In this document: positions 8,453 to 16,271 of the stretch, in pieces | Position numbering within the stretch: the first letter of the stretch is position 1 | Layout: every line of letters starts with the position of its first letter | NCBI GenBank assembly: GCA_937900965.1 | Contig: CALCGJ010000220.1 | Coordinates: forward strand, 8,418 to 72,417 | Length of the DNA stretch: 64,000 nt | Direction of reading: 5' to 3' | DNA from: an uncultured Bacteroidota bacterium | GTDB lineage: Bacteria > Bacteroidota > Bacteroidia > Bacteroidales > FEN-979 | Translations under genes and position numbers: made by a program | Notes under the pieces: generated by a model | The model's input: the letters and a program-made list of their open reading frames with translations, nothing else | What the model was told of the DNA's origin: nothing | Databases searched by the model: none

Positions 8453-9340
8453 ATGGCAGACATTGACGGAGCAAATGCACCAAAAGAATTTTACACGGAT
8501 ATACCCCAGAAATCAGAATCTTTCTACCTTAAAGGATCAAACTCCCTGGACTGGGGGATGAAAAACCGGTTGAGCCGGATCTTTAACCCTATTAGTGGAA
8601 GAACGGTCATGCTGGCCGTTGACCATGGGTATTTCCTTGGACCTACTGCTGGCCTGGAACGAATCGATCTGAACATCGTTCCCCTGATACCCTATGCCGA
8701 TACCCTGATGATTACCAGGGGCGCGCTAAGGACAATGGTCCCTGCCGACACACAGAAGGCAATCGTGTTAAGGGTCACGGGTGGAGCCAGTATCCTGAAG
8801 GAGCTTTCTAATGAGGACCTGGCTGTTGACATCGAAGATGCTGTGCGTCTGAATGTTTGCGCCATGGCTGTTCAGGTTTATGTTGGAAGTGAGCACGAAC
8901 ATCAAACATTACTCAGCATGACCCGAATGGTAGATATGGGGATTCGGCATGGGATCCCTACCCTGGCAGTAACTGCAGTGGGTAAAGAGATGGTCCGGGA
9001 TGCAAAATATTTCAGGCTGGCTACCCGGATCTGTGCAGAGTTGGGAGCTCAATATGTCAAGACCTATTATATCCCTAAAGGGTTTGAGACTGTAACCGCT
9101 TCATGCCCTGTACCGATTGTAATTGCCGGAGGAAAAAAATTGCCTGAACCTGATGCCCTTAATATGGCTTATCGCGCTATTCAGGAGGGAGCTGCAGGAG
9201 TGGATATGGGACGAAACGTTTTCCAGTCAGTTGCCCCCATCGCAATGCTGAAAGCATTGAGAGCAATCGTTCATGACAATGAAACCCCGGAGAAGGCGTT
9301 CGAGTTGTATAGTACGTTAAAGAATCAGGATACACCTTAA
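8453..9340 (+). CDS. lsrF: LsrF-like class I aldolase-fold enzyme (3-hydroxy-5-phosphonooxypentane-2,4-dione thiolase family)
   Basis: 295 aa. It is collinear with my recollection of E. coli LsrF across these blocks: [38 protein letters not shown] (lysine), [15 protein letters not shown] and GVDMGRN.FQS. Confidence 0.75.
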   Translation: MADIDGANAPKEFYTDIPQKSESFYLKGSNSLDWGMKNRLSRIFNPISGRTVMLAVDHGYFLGPTAGLERIDLNIVPLIPYADTLMITRGALRTMVPADTQKAIVLRVTGGASILKELSNEDLAVDIEDAVRLNVCAMAVQVYVGSEHEHQTLLSMTRMVDMGIRHGIPTLAVTAVGKEMVRDAKYFRLATRICAELGAQYVKTYYIPKGFETVTASCPVPIVIAGGKKLPEPDALNMAYRAIQEGAAGVDMGRNVFQSVAPIAMLKALRAIVHDNETPEKAFELYSTLKNQDTP

Positions 9341-9343
9341 TTA

Positions 9344-9393
9344 TACCCACCCCAACCCCTCCCTACCAGTAGGGAGGGGGACGGGGGTGGGTA
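9344..9393. repeat. Imperfect 50-nt inverted repeat (C-tract arm / G-tract arm) between the aldolase and ADH genes
   Basis: The arms are TACCCACCCCAACCCCTCCCTAC and GTAGGGAGGGGGACGGGGGTGGGTA, separated by a 2-nt centre. It starts 4 nt after the aldolase stop and ends 14 nt before the ADH ATG. Confidence 0.9.
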
Positions 9394-9406
9394 AACTCCA
9401 CTGAAT

Positions 9407-10423
9407 ATGAAAGTAAGCAAGTGGTACAACAATAGCGACATTCGTATCGAGGAGATACCAACTCCATCTCCGGGTGAGGGTGAGATGCTGGTTAAGGTAC
9501 ACTCCTGCGGGATTTGTGGCAGCGATGTCGTTGAGTGGTACCGGTTGCCACGAGCACCACTGGTTCTGGGCCATGAAGTGGGTGTTGAGGTTGTTGAGGT
9601 TGGAGCGGGAGTATCCAAATACAAAGTGGGCGACAGGCTCTTTATTGCGCCAAAAGTACCTTGCATGAAGTGCCGGTATTGCCTAAAAGGCAATTTCCCT
9701 CAGTGCAGTGAGGTGAAGGATAGGTTGCCGGGAGGATTCGCCGGGTACATTCTAGTTCCGAAAGAGTTGGTCAACAATGGTTGTTATCTGCTGCCAGATA
9801 ATGTTAGTTACGACCAGGCAACATTTATTGAGCCTCTGGCCTGTGTTATCAGGGCACAAAGGCTTGCGCTCATTGAGAGAGGGCAAACAGTGCTGGTTCT
9901 TGGATCCGGCATGTCGGGACTCCTTCATGTCAAACTTGCCGATAATAAACATTGTAAGGTAATGGCCACCGACATAAACCACAGTAAACTTGAAATGGCG
10001 ATAAGTTCCGGTGCTGACTATGTTACAACTGCTAATACTGATATCCTGGAACAACTGGTCCAGGTTAACGGTACGAAAGCAGATGCCGTAATTGTCACAA
10101 CTTCTGCAATGTCAGCCCTCGGCCAGGCATGGGAAGCTGTCGATATGGGAGGAGTGGTTGTACTGTTTGCCGTCCCGGAGCCCGGAAAGGAGGTGATTGT
10201 TCCTTTCAACGATTTCTGGAGAAAAGAGATCCGCATCATCACCTCCTATTATTGCGGCCCTTCGGATATTGACGAGGCTATTGCACTGATATCATATGGC
10301 GAGATTATTGTCGACGATCTTATCACGCACAGGCTTCCGTTAGAAGATACTGCCAGGGGGTTTCAAATACTCCTGGATGGAGAGGAAGCTGTGAAGATTA
10401 TTGTCAGGCCTCACGAAGGATAG
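9407..10423 (+). CDS. Zinc-dependent medium-chain alcohol dehydrogenase (threonine/sorbitol dehydrogenase-like)
   Basis: 338 aa with CGICGSD, GHE.G.EVVEVG, the structural-Zn cysteine cluster C..C..C…C and the GSGMSGL Rossmann motif. Confidence 0.88.
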   Translation: MKVSKWYNNSDIRIEEIPTPSPGEGEMLVKVHSCGICGSDVVEWYRLPRAPLVLGHEVGVEVVEVGAGVSKYKVGDRLFIAPKVPCMKCRYCLKGNFPQCSEVKDRLPGGFAGYILVPKELVNNGCYLLPDNVSYDQATFIEPLACVIRAQRLALIERGQTVLVLGSGMSGLLHVKLADNKHCKVMATDINHSKLEMAISSGADYVTTANTDILEQLVQVNGTKADAVIVTTSAMSALGQAWEAVDMGGVVVLFAVPEPGKEVIVPFNDFWRKEIRIITSYYCGPSDIDEAIALISYGEIIVDDLITHRLPLEDTARGFQILLDGEEAVKIIVRPHEG

Positions 10424-10488
10424 GAAACTAACAAGAAAAAGCGTTTTCAGGGGAAATCGTGTTTGAGTTAGATAGAAAAACCAAAATA

Positions 10489-10878
10489 TTATAGCTGAAT
10501 TTTTTTAAGGACAAGCTCCTTTATTAATTCAACAAGATGAAACAGAGTTTCTATCTCACTAAGAGTTGGTTCTAAAAAATCACCGGGATATCTGATTTCC
10601 ACTCCGTAATCTGTAAGGTTTCCTGATTCGATATCGTTAAAATCCGGATCGACCTTCACGCATTGCTCGATAAGGAACTCTATGTTATGGGTTTTCGGAA
10701 AATCTACGTAATGAAATACAAGAAATGCTTTCAGGAATTTTTCTGCAGATTGTTGACAATGAAATCCAATAGCTGTTTTAGGCAGTATATCCATTGTCAA
10801 CAGTTGATTAATGACCAGAAGATCTTCCTCTGCTTTATTTATCCATTGCTGGATGTATTTTTTCAACGGATCACTCAT
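10489..10878 (-). CDS. HEPN domain protein (toxin of a HEPN/MNT pair)
   Basis: 129 aa. It contains the A.FHCQQS.EK.LKA and …EIRYP… HEPN signature and overlaps the upstream MNT gene by 4 nt. Confidence 0.85.
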   Translation of the reverse strand: MSDPLKKYIQQWINKAEEDLLVINQLLTMDILPKTAIGFHCQQSAEKFLKAFLVFHYVDFPKTHNIEFLIEQCVKVDPDFNDIESGNLTDYGVEIRYPGDFLEPTLSEIETLFHLVELIKELVLKKIQL

Positions 10879-11189
10879 AACCTGATTCCTTCTATTAGTG
10901 CCGATTGGACAATATGACCGGGCAAGATCCTTTTAACCTCCAAATCGGCACGGGATTGAATGATCACGTCGGAGAGAATATCTTTCCTGGCAAGACTTCT
11001 TCTTATCTTGGATTGATATAGAAGGCGGGTGGTTATATCAATGGGCTCATTCAAAACAATCAGTAAGTCATAATCACTCCATGGATGCGCCTCTCCTCTG
11101 GCATATGAACCAAACAAAATAATTTCCGGATCCAATAACAAATCATTTACAGTTTTTTTAATAATTTCTATGATTGAACTTGCAAGCAT
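10875..11189 (-). CDS. Nucleotidyltransferase (MNT) domain protein (antitoxin partner)
   Basis: It contains the GSYARGEA…SDYDLLIV minimal NTase motif. The track ORF starts at 11243, but a TATCTTTG -7 box lies inside those first codons, so I prefer the MLASS… start at 11189. Confidence 0.75.
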   Translation of the reverse strand: MLASSIIEIIKKTVNDLLLDPEIILFGSYARGEAHPWSDYDLLIVLNEPIDITTRLLYQSKIRRSLARKDILSDVIIQSRADLEVKRILPGHIVQSALIEGIRL

Positions 11190-11223
11190 GATTAACGTCC
11201 AGGTTTGTTGAAAATTCTTCATA

Positions 11224-11231
11224 CAAAGATA
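11224..11231 (-). promoter_or_regulatory. -7 promoter box TATCTTTG for the MNT/HEPN operon
   Basis: The reverse complement of caaagata is TATCTTTG. Confidence 0.4.
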
Positions 11232-11320
11232 AAGAAAATTCAAGTCAAAGTCACATTCACTATATTTGAAACAAGCACTACTCTTGGGAGTTGAAATAGA
11301 ATAAATCGTTACAAGAAGGA

Positions 11321-11787
11321 TCAGCCAACGATCAGCTTAAACACAAAGGCATGCCTGCAGGGTAGCTCTGCAGGACTGATCTGTGGCTCCATAATTAAAA
11401 CACCTCCCTCAACCAGCTTCCACTTCACTTCCTGTTTTACGCCGATCATTTCAATGTCCAGGTTATCAGAAGGATCTGAAACGGGAATAAAAATCTCTCC
11501 TTCAGGCCACATTGAGCAGATGGCATAAAGATTCGTCCCCTTTTTTGTAAACCAGATCGTGAGTTTTTGCTCAGGCATCTCAATCTTTTCCGGTTGCCAA
11601 CTCCTGGTACCATAGATACATTCCCCATTAACCCGAAGCCATTCACCAATATCCTTCAAGCGTTCCTGCATGATTACCGGGATCCGCCCGTCTCTTTATC
11701 TAACCAGTATCCGTCGTGATGCTTGCTTGTCAGAACAACATATTTTGCTCCGGAATTGTAAAAGGCCGCCCGATAACCTGGGCAGCC
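11321..11787 (-). pseudogene. Alpha-L-fucosidase (GH29) remnant with a large internal deletion and a frame change
   Basis: Two fragments are present. One is a 33-codon startless piece, …AAFYNSGAKYVVLTSKHHDGYWL…, which is the GH29 catalytic-region motif. The other, in a different frame, is [31 protein letters not shown]… plus the C-terminal beta domain. Roughly 200+ codons that normally separate these regions are absent. Confidence 0.8.
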
Positions 11788-11790
11788 TTT
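11761..11790 (-). terminator. Candidate terminator hairpin after the PKD/T9SS gene
   Basis: On the minus strand the sequence reads AAAGGCTGCCC-aggttatc-GGGCGGCCTTT, with one mismatch, followed by a short T run. It overlaps the fucosidase remnant. Confidence 0.4.
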
Positions 11791-11814
11791 TCATTCACGT
11801 TGAGTAAGCGGAAA

Positions 11815-14055
11815 TTATTGAGATTTAAGGAGCTTTCTCGTCAGATTAAGTCCTGAATTGGTATAGATATGGAGCGTGTAAAGTCCATTTCTGAGTTGAC
11901 CAACTGGTATTGTGATTGTCGTCGGGCCGGCATTCAGAAATTCTGAAAGTTGATATGCCCGTTGTCCCGAAAGGTTGAACAGTTTGATATAGACCTGGGT
12001 TCCTTCTGAGAGTTTCAAAGAGATCTGCGCCTGGTCACGTACCGGATTCGGATATACAACACCTGCCTCCATAGTTGTATAGTTCTCGTTTACACCAAGG
12101 ATATGATTCCCGGTAAAGGTCATCACAACATCCACTATTGGATTCTCCATAGTGAGTTCTACTTTTATAAGATCACTCTGACATCCAACCAATTCAGCTT
12201 TCAGGTAGTATATACCATAATCCAGGTCGGTAAAATCAAACTCCCCTGCTTTATTTACCTGGTGGAAGGAGATAGCCTCCATAGCCTCATTCATTAGAAG
12301 CATTGTGATCTTATCTGTGATCGGGCTTTTCAGGCCGGTTGTATTGATCTGTCCGTTGATACCGCCGTTACCTGAATTGTATGCAATAGCCTCAATTAGA
12401 TTGATGTTGTATGGATTGTTAGCCTGACCAAGACTCACAACGGTAGCGCTCTCCCAGTCAATTACATCCCCGTAATATGTAGGCATGTATCCTGTTGGGT
12501 CGAATGGGATGGCATAGATGAGGTATTCCCCCAACGGTACCATTGGGAAGTAATAGATACCTGATGAATCAACCGTGCTGATATCAATGAATGGCAGGAA
12601 GTTGAGCGTAGTATCCAGTGAGAAGATCATCACCATCCCTAAATTCATGGGAAAATTACCGGCAAACACCTGCCCGTAAACCTGATTCCACTGAGTACTG
12701 TCACCCACTGTAAGGGATTGGGCTGTTGAGAAGGTACATCCGTTAGTATCAGTTGTAACAGTTGTAAGGGTGGCATAATAGATACCTGAAGCCGCATATT
12801 GATGTACAATTGTTTGTCCCTGACCCGATTGTCCGTCACCGAAGTCCCATGCATAGGTTGCAGGCTGGCTGTTTACCATGTGTCCGGCAAAACTGATAGC
12901 CAATCCGTTGTTCTGGTATGTGAAGTAACTTGCACAGTTGGATCCGCCGCCTACAGATACCTCCTCACACCATGTGCTCTGGCAGATCGCTCCGTTGTTG
13001 TTGGCTTCAATGGTAAGGCAGACATAGAAAGTCCCCTCTTCAGGAAACATGTGAGAGGGATTCTGCTCCGTAGAGAAGGTACTGTCTCCGAAATCCCAGA
13101 ACCAACTGGTAACGTCTCCGTATGAGAGATCCATGAAGTGGATGAGCCTGACATTTTGTAAGGAATCAGGGTAGTAGGTAAACTGTGCCTGGCATCCTCC
13201 GGTTCCGCCAACATTGACAATTTCGCAATAGGTGTCGTAACAACTGCTGTCAACGCCCTGAACAGTAAGGCATACATTGTACAATCCAGGCTGAGAATAG
13301 GTGTGAACCGGATTTTGTGTGGTTCCGTATTCTCCGTCACCGAAATCCCACGACCAGGAATTGATATTTCCAAGCGACTGATCGTAGAAATATACAGTCA
13401 ATCCCCCCGGAACATTTGGATAGGCTTCATAATTGGCTACACAGTTTCCACCAGTTGAATCAATGACATGCACTGTTTGGGTGATGGTGTCAAAACAGAA
13501 TGTGCCACCGGCCCCAATAGTCAGGGTTACATCATAATAGCCCTCCTGTGGATAAGTATGAAGAGGATGTTGACTTGTGGATGTGGTTCCATCACCAAAA
13601 GACCAGATCCAGGGCCCGGTTGTCCCTGTTGAGAGATCAGTAAATTGCACTGTCAGAGTACCATTTGTGGCCCAGGTGAAATCAGCCTGGCATGGTGAAG
13701 GCGGGTTATAACAGATCTGGAAATCCTGGACAAGGTTCATATTCATTGGACCGAAAATGAGGTCATACGAAATCGACATTTGATTGCAGTCATATGTTGT
13801 AACAACAAGAAGTCCAGTGTCGATAGTGCCTCCACCCAGGCTGATGGAATCCTGATACCATCCGTTGGAATTCGTGTAAACAGTATTGTAATAAAAGAAT
13901 CCATTGGAAGAGTCGGAGTTAATATAAACCGCCTGGTTGACGATTGGAAGACCAGTTGCACTGTCGGTCACTGTCCCTTCCAGGAAGATGATGTTTTGGG
14001 ATACGACCGAAAAAGTAAATAGAAAGAGTAGCAAGGGTAAGATGAACCGTTTCAT
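11815..14055 (-). CDS. Secreted multi-PKD-domain protein with carboxypeptidase-regulatory-like domains and a T9SS C-terminal sorting domain
   Basis: There are at least four PKD repeats (W.FGDG…Q.P.H.Y…G.Y.V.LT). The C-terminus VYPNPV…ISL…LFNLSGQ…GLYTLHIYT… is a type A T9SS CTD. The MKRFILPLLLFLF signal peptide favours the start at 14055 rather than 14094. Confidence 0.88.
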   Translation of the reverse strand: MKRFILPLLLFLFTFSVVSQNIIFLEGTVTDSATGLPIVNQAVYINSDSSNGFFYYNTVYTNSNGWYQDSISLGGGTIDTGLLVVTTYDCNQMSISYDLIFGPMNMNLVQDFQICYNPPSPCQADFTWATNGTLTVQFTDLSTGTTGPWIWSFGDGTTSTSQHPLHTYPQEGYYDVTLTIGAGGTFCFDTITQTVHVIDSTGGNCVANYEAYPNVPGGLTVYFYDQSLGNINSWSWDFGDGEYGTTQNPVHTYSQPGLYNVCLTVQGVDSSCYDTYCEIVNVGGTGGCQAQFTYYPDSLQNVRLIHFMDLSYGDVTSWFWDFGDSTFSTEQNPSHMFPEEGTFYVCLTIEANNNGAICQSTWCEEVSVGGGSNCASYFTYQNNGLAISFAGHMVNSQPATYAWDFGDGQSGQGQTIVHQYAASGIYYATLTTVTTDTNGCTFSTAQSLTVGDSTQWNQVYGQVFAGNFPMNLGMVMIFSLDTTLNFLPFIDISTVDSSGIYYFPMVPLGEYLIYAIPFDPTGYMPTYYGDVIDWESATVVSLGQANNPYNINLIEAIAYNSGNGGINGQINTTGLKSPITDKITMLLMNEAMEAISFHQVNKAGEFDFTDLDYGIYYLKAELVGCQSDLIKVELTMENPIVDVVMTFTGNHILGVNENYTTMEAGVVYPNPVRDQAQISLKLSEGTQVYIKLFNLSGQRAYQLSEFLNAGPTTITIPVGQLRNGLYTLHIYTNSGLNLTRKLLKSQ

Positions 14056-14132
14056 ATGATTTAGGTTTTGAGGTTTGTACTGTTTATAAAACACATTGGT
14101 TGTGTTTGGTTGCCTGAGAATGATCAGTTTAA

Positions 14133-15566
14133 TCAGTTAAGTATTGAGAACGCTGCTCTGAAACCCACTGACCACGGCTTCTTTGCAGCATCAGATTTTT
14201 CGTATACAGAGTTAAAATAGTATTTGATATTTGGTTCGAGTTCCAGTCCGAATCGTTTTGATAGATGCAAAGATACGCTGATTCCTCCCTTGAGCTGCCA
14301 GTTGGTTTGCACCCGGTCAGGTGTTACGTTATTTATCTGGATGATTCGATTCTTCCCCGGATCATATTCACCTGAAAGCTGTTTCGATTGAATCAGGATG
14401 GATAAAATGGGTCCCGCCCTGAAACCTACACTGATCCGTTTTGTTTGCAGCACATCATATCCCAGGATCAAAGGAATCTGAAGGTAGGTATAACGTCGTA
14501 CTACTTTCGGATAATCAAGTTGAAGCAGGCTGTCCCATACATCCATGTTGGTAAGATAATAGGTGGGGATCAGATGGTAGTTTTTTTCGTCCCAGTTAAA
14601 CTTTATTGAATCTAACTTATCAAAGGAACCCAGGTAATCATTGTACTCCACCATCAGTTCGTTTGTCCCATTGGCAATGGATAAACCGATACCTGTTCTC
14701 ACACTGTACCTGCCAAAGATGAAACTCTCCTCAATGCCAAAATTGGAGACGAATTTTTCATCTTCCAGCGTATTTAACATCCACTCCGGGGAGTAATAGA
14801 TTGAAGTCGCAAACTTCCACTCAGAGGAACTCCTTCTCGTTTTTATCTTTTTCGGAATTGAGATAGGCTCTGTCGATGTTACCGTATCTTCTTTTGGTAT
14901 TTCCGGAGCGAAACCTTCAGGATTTTCTGTTTCCGGAGAAGCGACATCAACTATACCACTAACCACATTGTTTTCATCACTCCCATCACTTTCAACCGCC
15001 GAAGCGTCAGCGAAGGCGGGCATCACTCCATCACCTGTTTTAAAAACAACTGATGTCACTACAGGGGAGGAGGCTGAATTTGGGATTACGACTTCAGAAG
15101 AGGAATCCATATGAGAAACAGTAGTTGTTGTTCCGGTTGGTACGGAGGAAGGGGAGGTGGGACTATGGGCGGAAGAGGACATGATGGAAGGTGTATTTGA
15201 CTCAGAATATTCCGAAACGGGAGGTTGCTCCGATGCGGGATTGACTTCCGGGGACTGCTCACTGCCCACTGCCAACTGCTCACTGCCCACTGCCCACTGC
15301 TCACTGCCAACTGCCCACTGTCCACTGTCAACTGCCAACTGCCCACTGTCAACTGAATTCCCCCACCATAGGAGGATTCCTGCCGCGCTGACGACAACAA
15401 TACCGGCAAGGAAGAGCAACCAGCGCGACCGACGCCTCTTCCCAATGATCTCAAGGGTTGCTGCTTCATCGAGAAACCGTTGCCTCCCCGCATCAGAAGG
15501 TATCACCTGATGTTCCTGCAACGCCTCTTTAAAGAAGTCATCAACCGGATGTGTATTTCGTTTCAT
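14133..15566 (-). CDS. Putative anti-sigma factor: N-terminal cytoplasmic segment, one TM helix, repeat and S/T/P-rich linker, C-terminal porin-like beta-rich domain
   Basis: It abuts the ECF sigma gene with no gap. The TM segment is [20 protein letters not shown]. The C-terminal ~230 aa show the alternating beta-strand pattern reminiscent of the OMP beta-barrel (PorT/OMP_b-brl_2-like) family. Confidence 0.6.
   Translation of the reverse strand: MKRNTHPVDDFFKEALQEHQVIPSDAGRQRFLDEAATLEIIGKRRRSRWLLFLAGIVVVSAAGILLWWGNSVDSGQLAVDSGQWAVGSEQWAVGSEQLAVGSEQSPEVNPASEQPPVSEYSESNTPSIMSSSAHSPTSPSSVPTGTTTTVSHMDSSSEVVIPNSASSPVVTSVVFKTGDGVMPAFADASAVESDGSDENNVVSGIVDVASPETENPEGFAPEIPKEDTVTSTEPISIPKKIKTRRSSSEWKFATSIYYSPEWMLNTLEDEKFVSNFGIEESFIFGRYSVRTGIGLSIANGTNELMVEYNDYLGSFDKLDSIKFNWDEKNYHLIPTYYLTNMDVWDSLLQLDYPKVVRRYTYLQIPLILGYDVLQTKRISVGFRAGPILSILIQSKQLSGEYDPGKNRIIQINNVTPDRVQTNWQLKGGISVSLHLSKRFGLELEPNIKYYFNSVYEKSDAAKKPWSVGFRAAFSILN
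15252..15354. repeat. In-frame 21-nt tandem repeat (~4.5 copies) encoding S(G/E)Q(L/W)AV(D/G)
   Basis: The array ctgctcactgcccactgccaa… is read directly. The protein segment is [32 protein letters not shown]. Confidence 0.9.
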
Positions 15567-16148
15567 TTAGACTATCTTTTGTTTCTCTGTCACCTCGAAA
15601 ATTTTTTTCCTGAGTAAACCCCTGGCTTTGGATAGCTGGGATTTCGATGTGTTTTCAGAACATTTTAATTGCTCTGCAATCTCTTTATGTGAGTACTCTT
15701 CAAATACGTATAAATTGAATACGGTCCGGTATCCGCGTGGTAAGTCGCAGATCATCTCCATGATGCCCTCTTTGCCAACCCGTTCATGAAGATCCTCCCA
15801 TGAGTTTGACTCATCTGGCTCATCTGTAATTCTCTCCTGGAGAGGATCAATATCCAGGAATTCACTCTCTTTACTACGGTCTCGAATGGAATTGAGTGCT
15901 GTATTTACCATGATCCGTTTCATCCAGCCCTCAAAGGAGCCTGATGACCTGGTTTTGAAGGTGCGAATATGTTTCAGGATCTTGATAAACCCGTCGTGCA
16001 GCACATCTTCAGCATCCTGACGGTTTCCGCAATAGCGCAGGCAAACACCAAGTAATACTGGGGCATAGGTATTGTAGAGTGTGTCAAAAACACCATTCTT
16101 TCTCCTTTTGAGATCCCTCACCAACTGTTCGTCACGACCCATACCCAT
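15567..16148 (-). CDS. ECF-type RNA polymerase sigma-70 family factor
   Basis: 193 aa. The region 2 (DAEDVLHDGFIKI) and region 4 (EYSHKEIAEQL..SENTSKSQLSKAR) patterns are present. Confidence 0.9.
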   Translation of the reverse strand: MGMGRDEQLVRDLKRRKNGVFDTLYNTYAPVLLGVCLRYCGNRQDAEDVLHDGFIKILKHIRTFKTRSSGSFEGWMKRIMVNTALNSIRDRSKESEFLDIDPLQERITDEPDESNSWEDLHERVGKEGIMEMICDLPRGYRTVFNLYVFEEYSHKEIAEQLKCSENTSKSQLSKARGLLRKKIFEVTEKQKIV

Positions 16149-16213
16149 TCGTTCATATATAATAACACCGCAAGATCTGAAAGTTGCCTGCAGTGTTAAG
16201 ATTTCTTGACGTG

Positions 16214-16249
16214 AATAAAAAAGGCTGTCTCAAAACATCGAGACAGCCC
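16214..16249 (-). terminator. Rho-independent terminator after hppA
   Basis: On the minus strand the sequence reads GGCTGTCTC-gatgtttt-GAGACAGCC followed by TTTTTTAT. It lies 23 nt past the hppA stop. Confidence 0.8.
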
Positions 16250-16271
16250 CTTCTAAATCAGGTTTGATCTT

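Noticed and set aside
9337-9693. 118-aa and 77-aa minus-strand ORFs across the aldolase-ADH junction
   Set aside because: They run through the G/C-tract palindrome and lie antisense to the ADH N-terminus. They are Pro/Gly/Trp-rich artefacts of the repeat.
8453-10423. A complete lsr (AI-2 uptake and processing) operon
   Set aside because: Only the LsrF-like gene is present. No kinase, isomerase, ABC transporter or LsrR is in the window, so no AI-2 system is claimed and only an orphan enzyme is reported.
11321-11671. The 116-aa ORF as an intact small gene
   Set aside because: It corresponds only to the C-terminal part of GH29 fucosidases, and an out-of-frame N-terminal fragment lies immediately upstream. 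I call it a pseudogene.
15086-15510. 135-aa (minus) and 117-aa (plus) ORFs within the anti-sigma gene
   Set aside because: They are off-frame and antisense readings of the 21-nt repeat and the S/T/P-rich linker.
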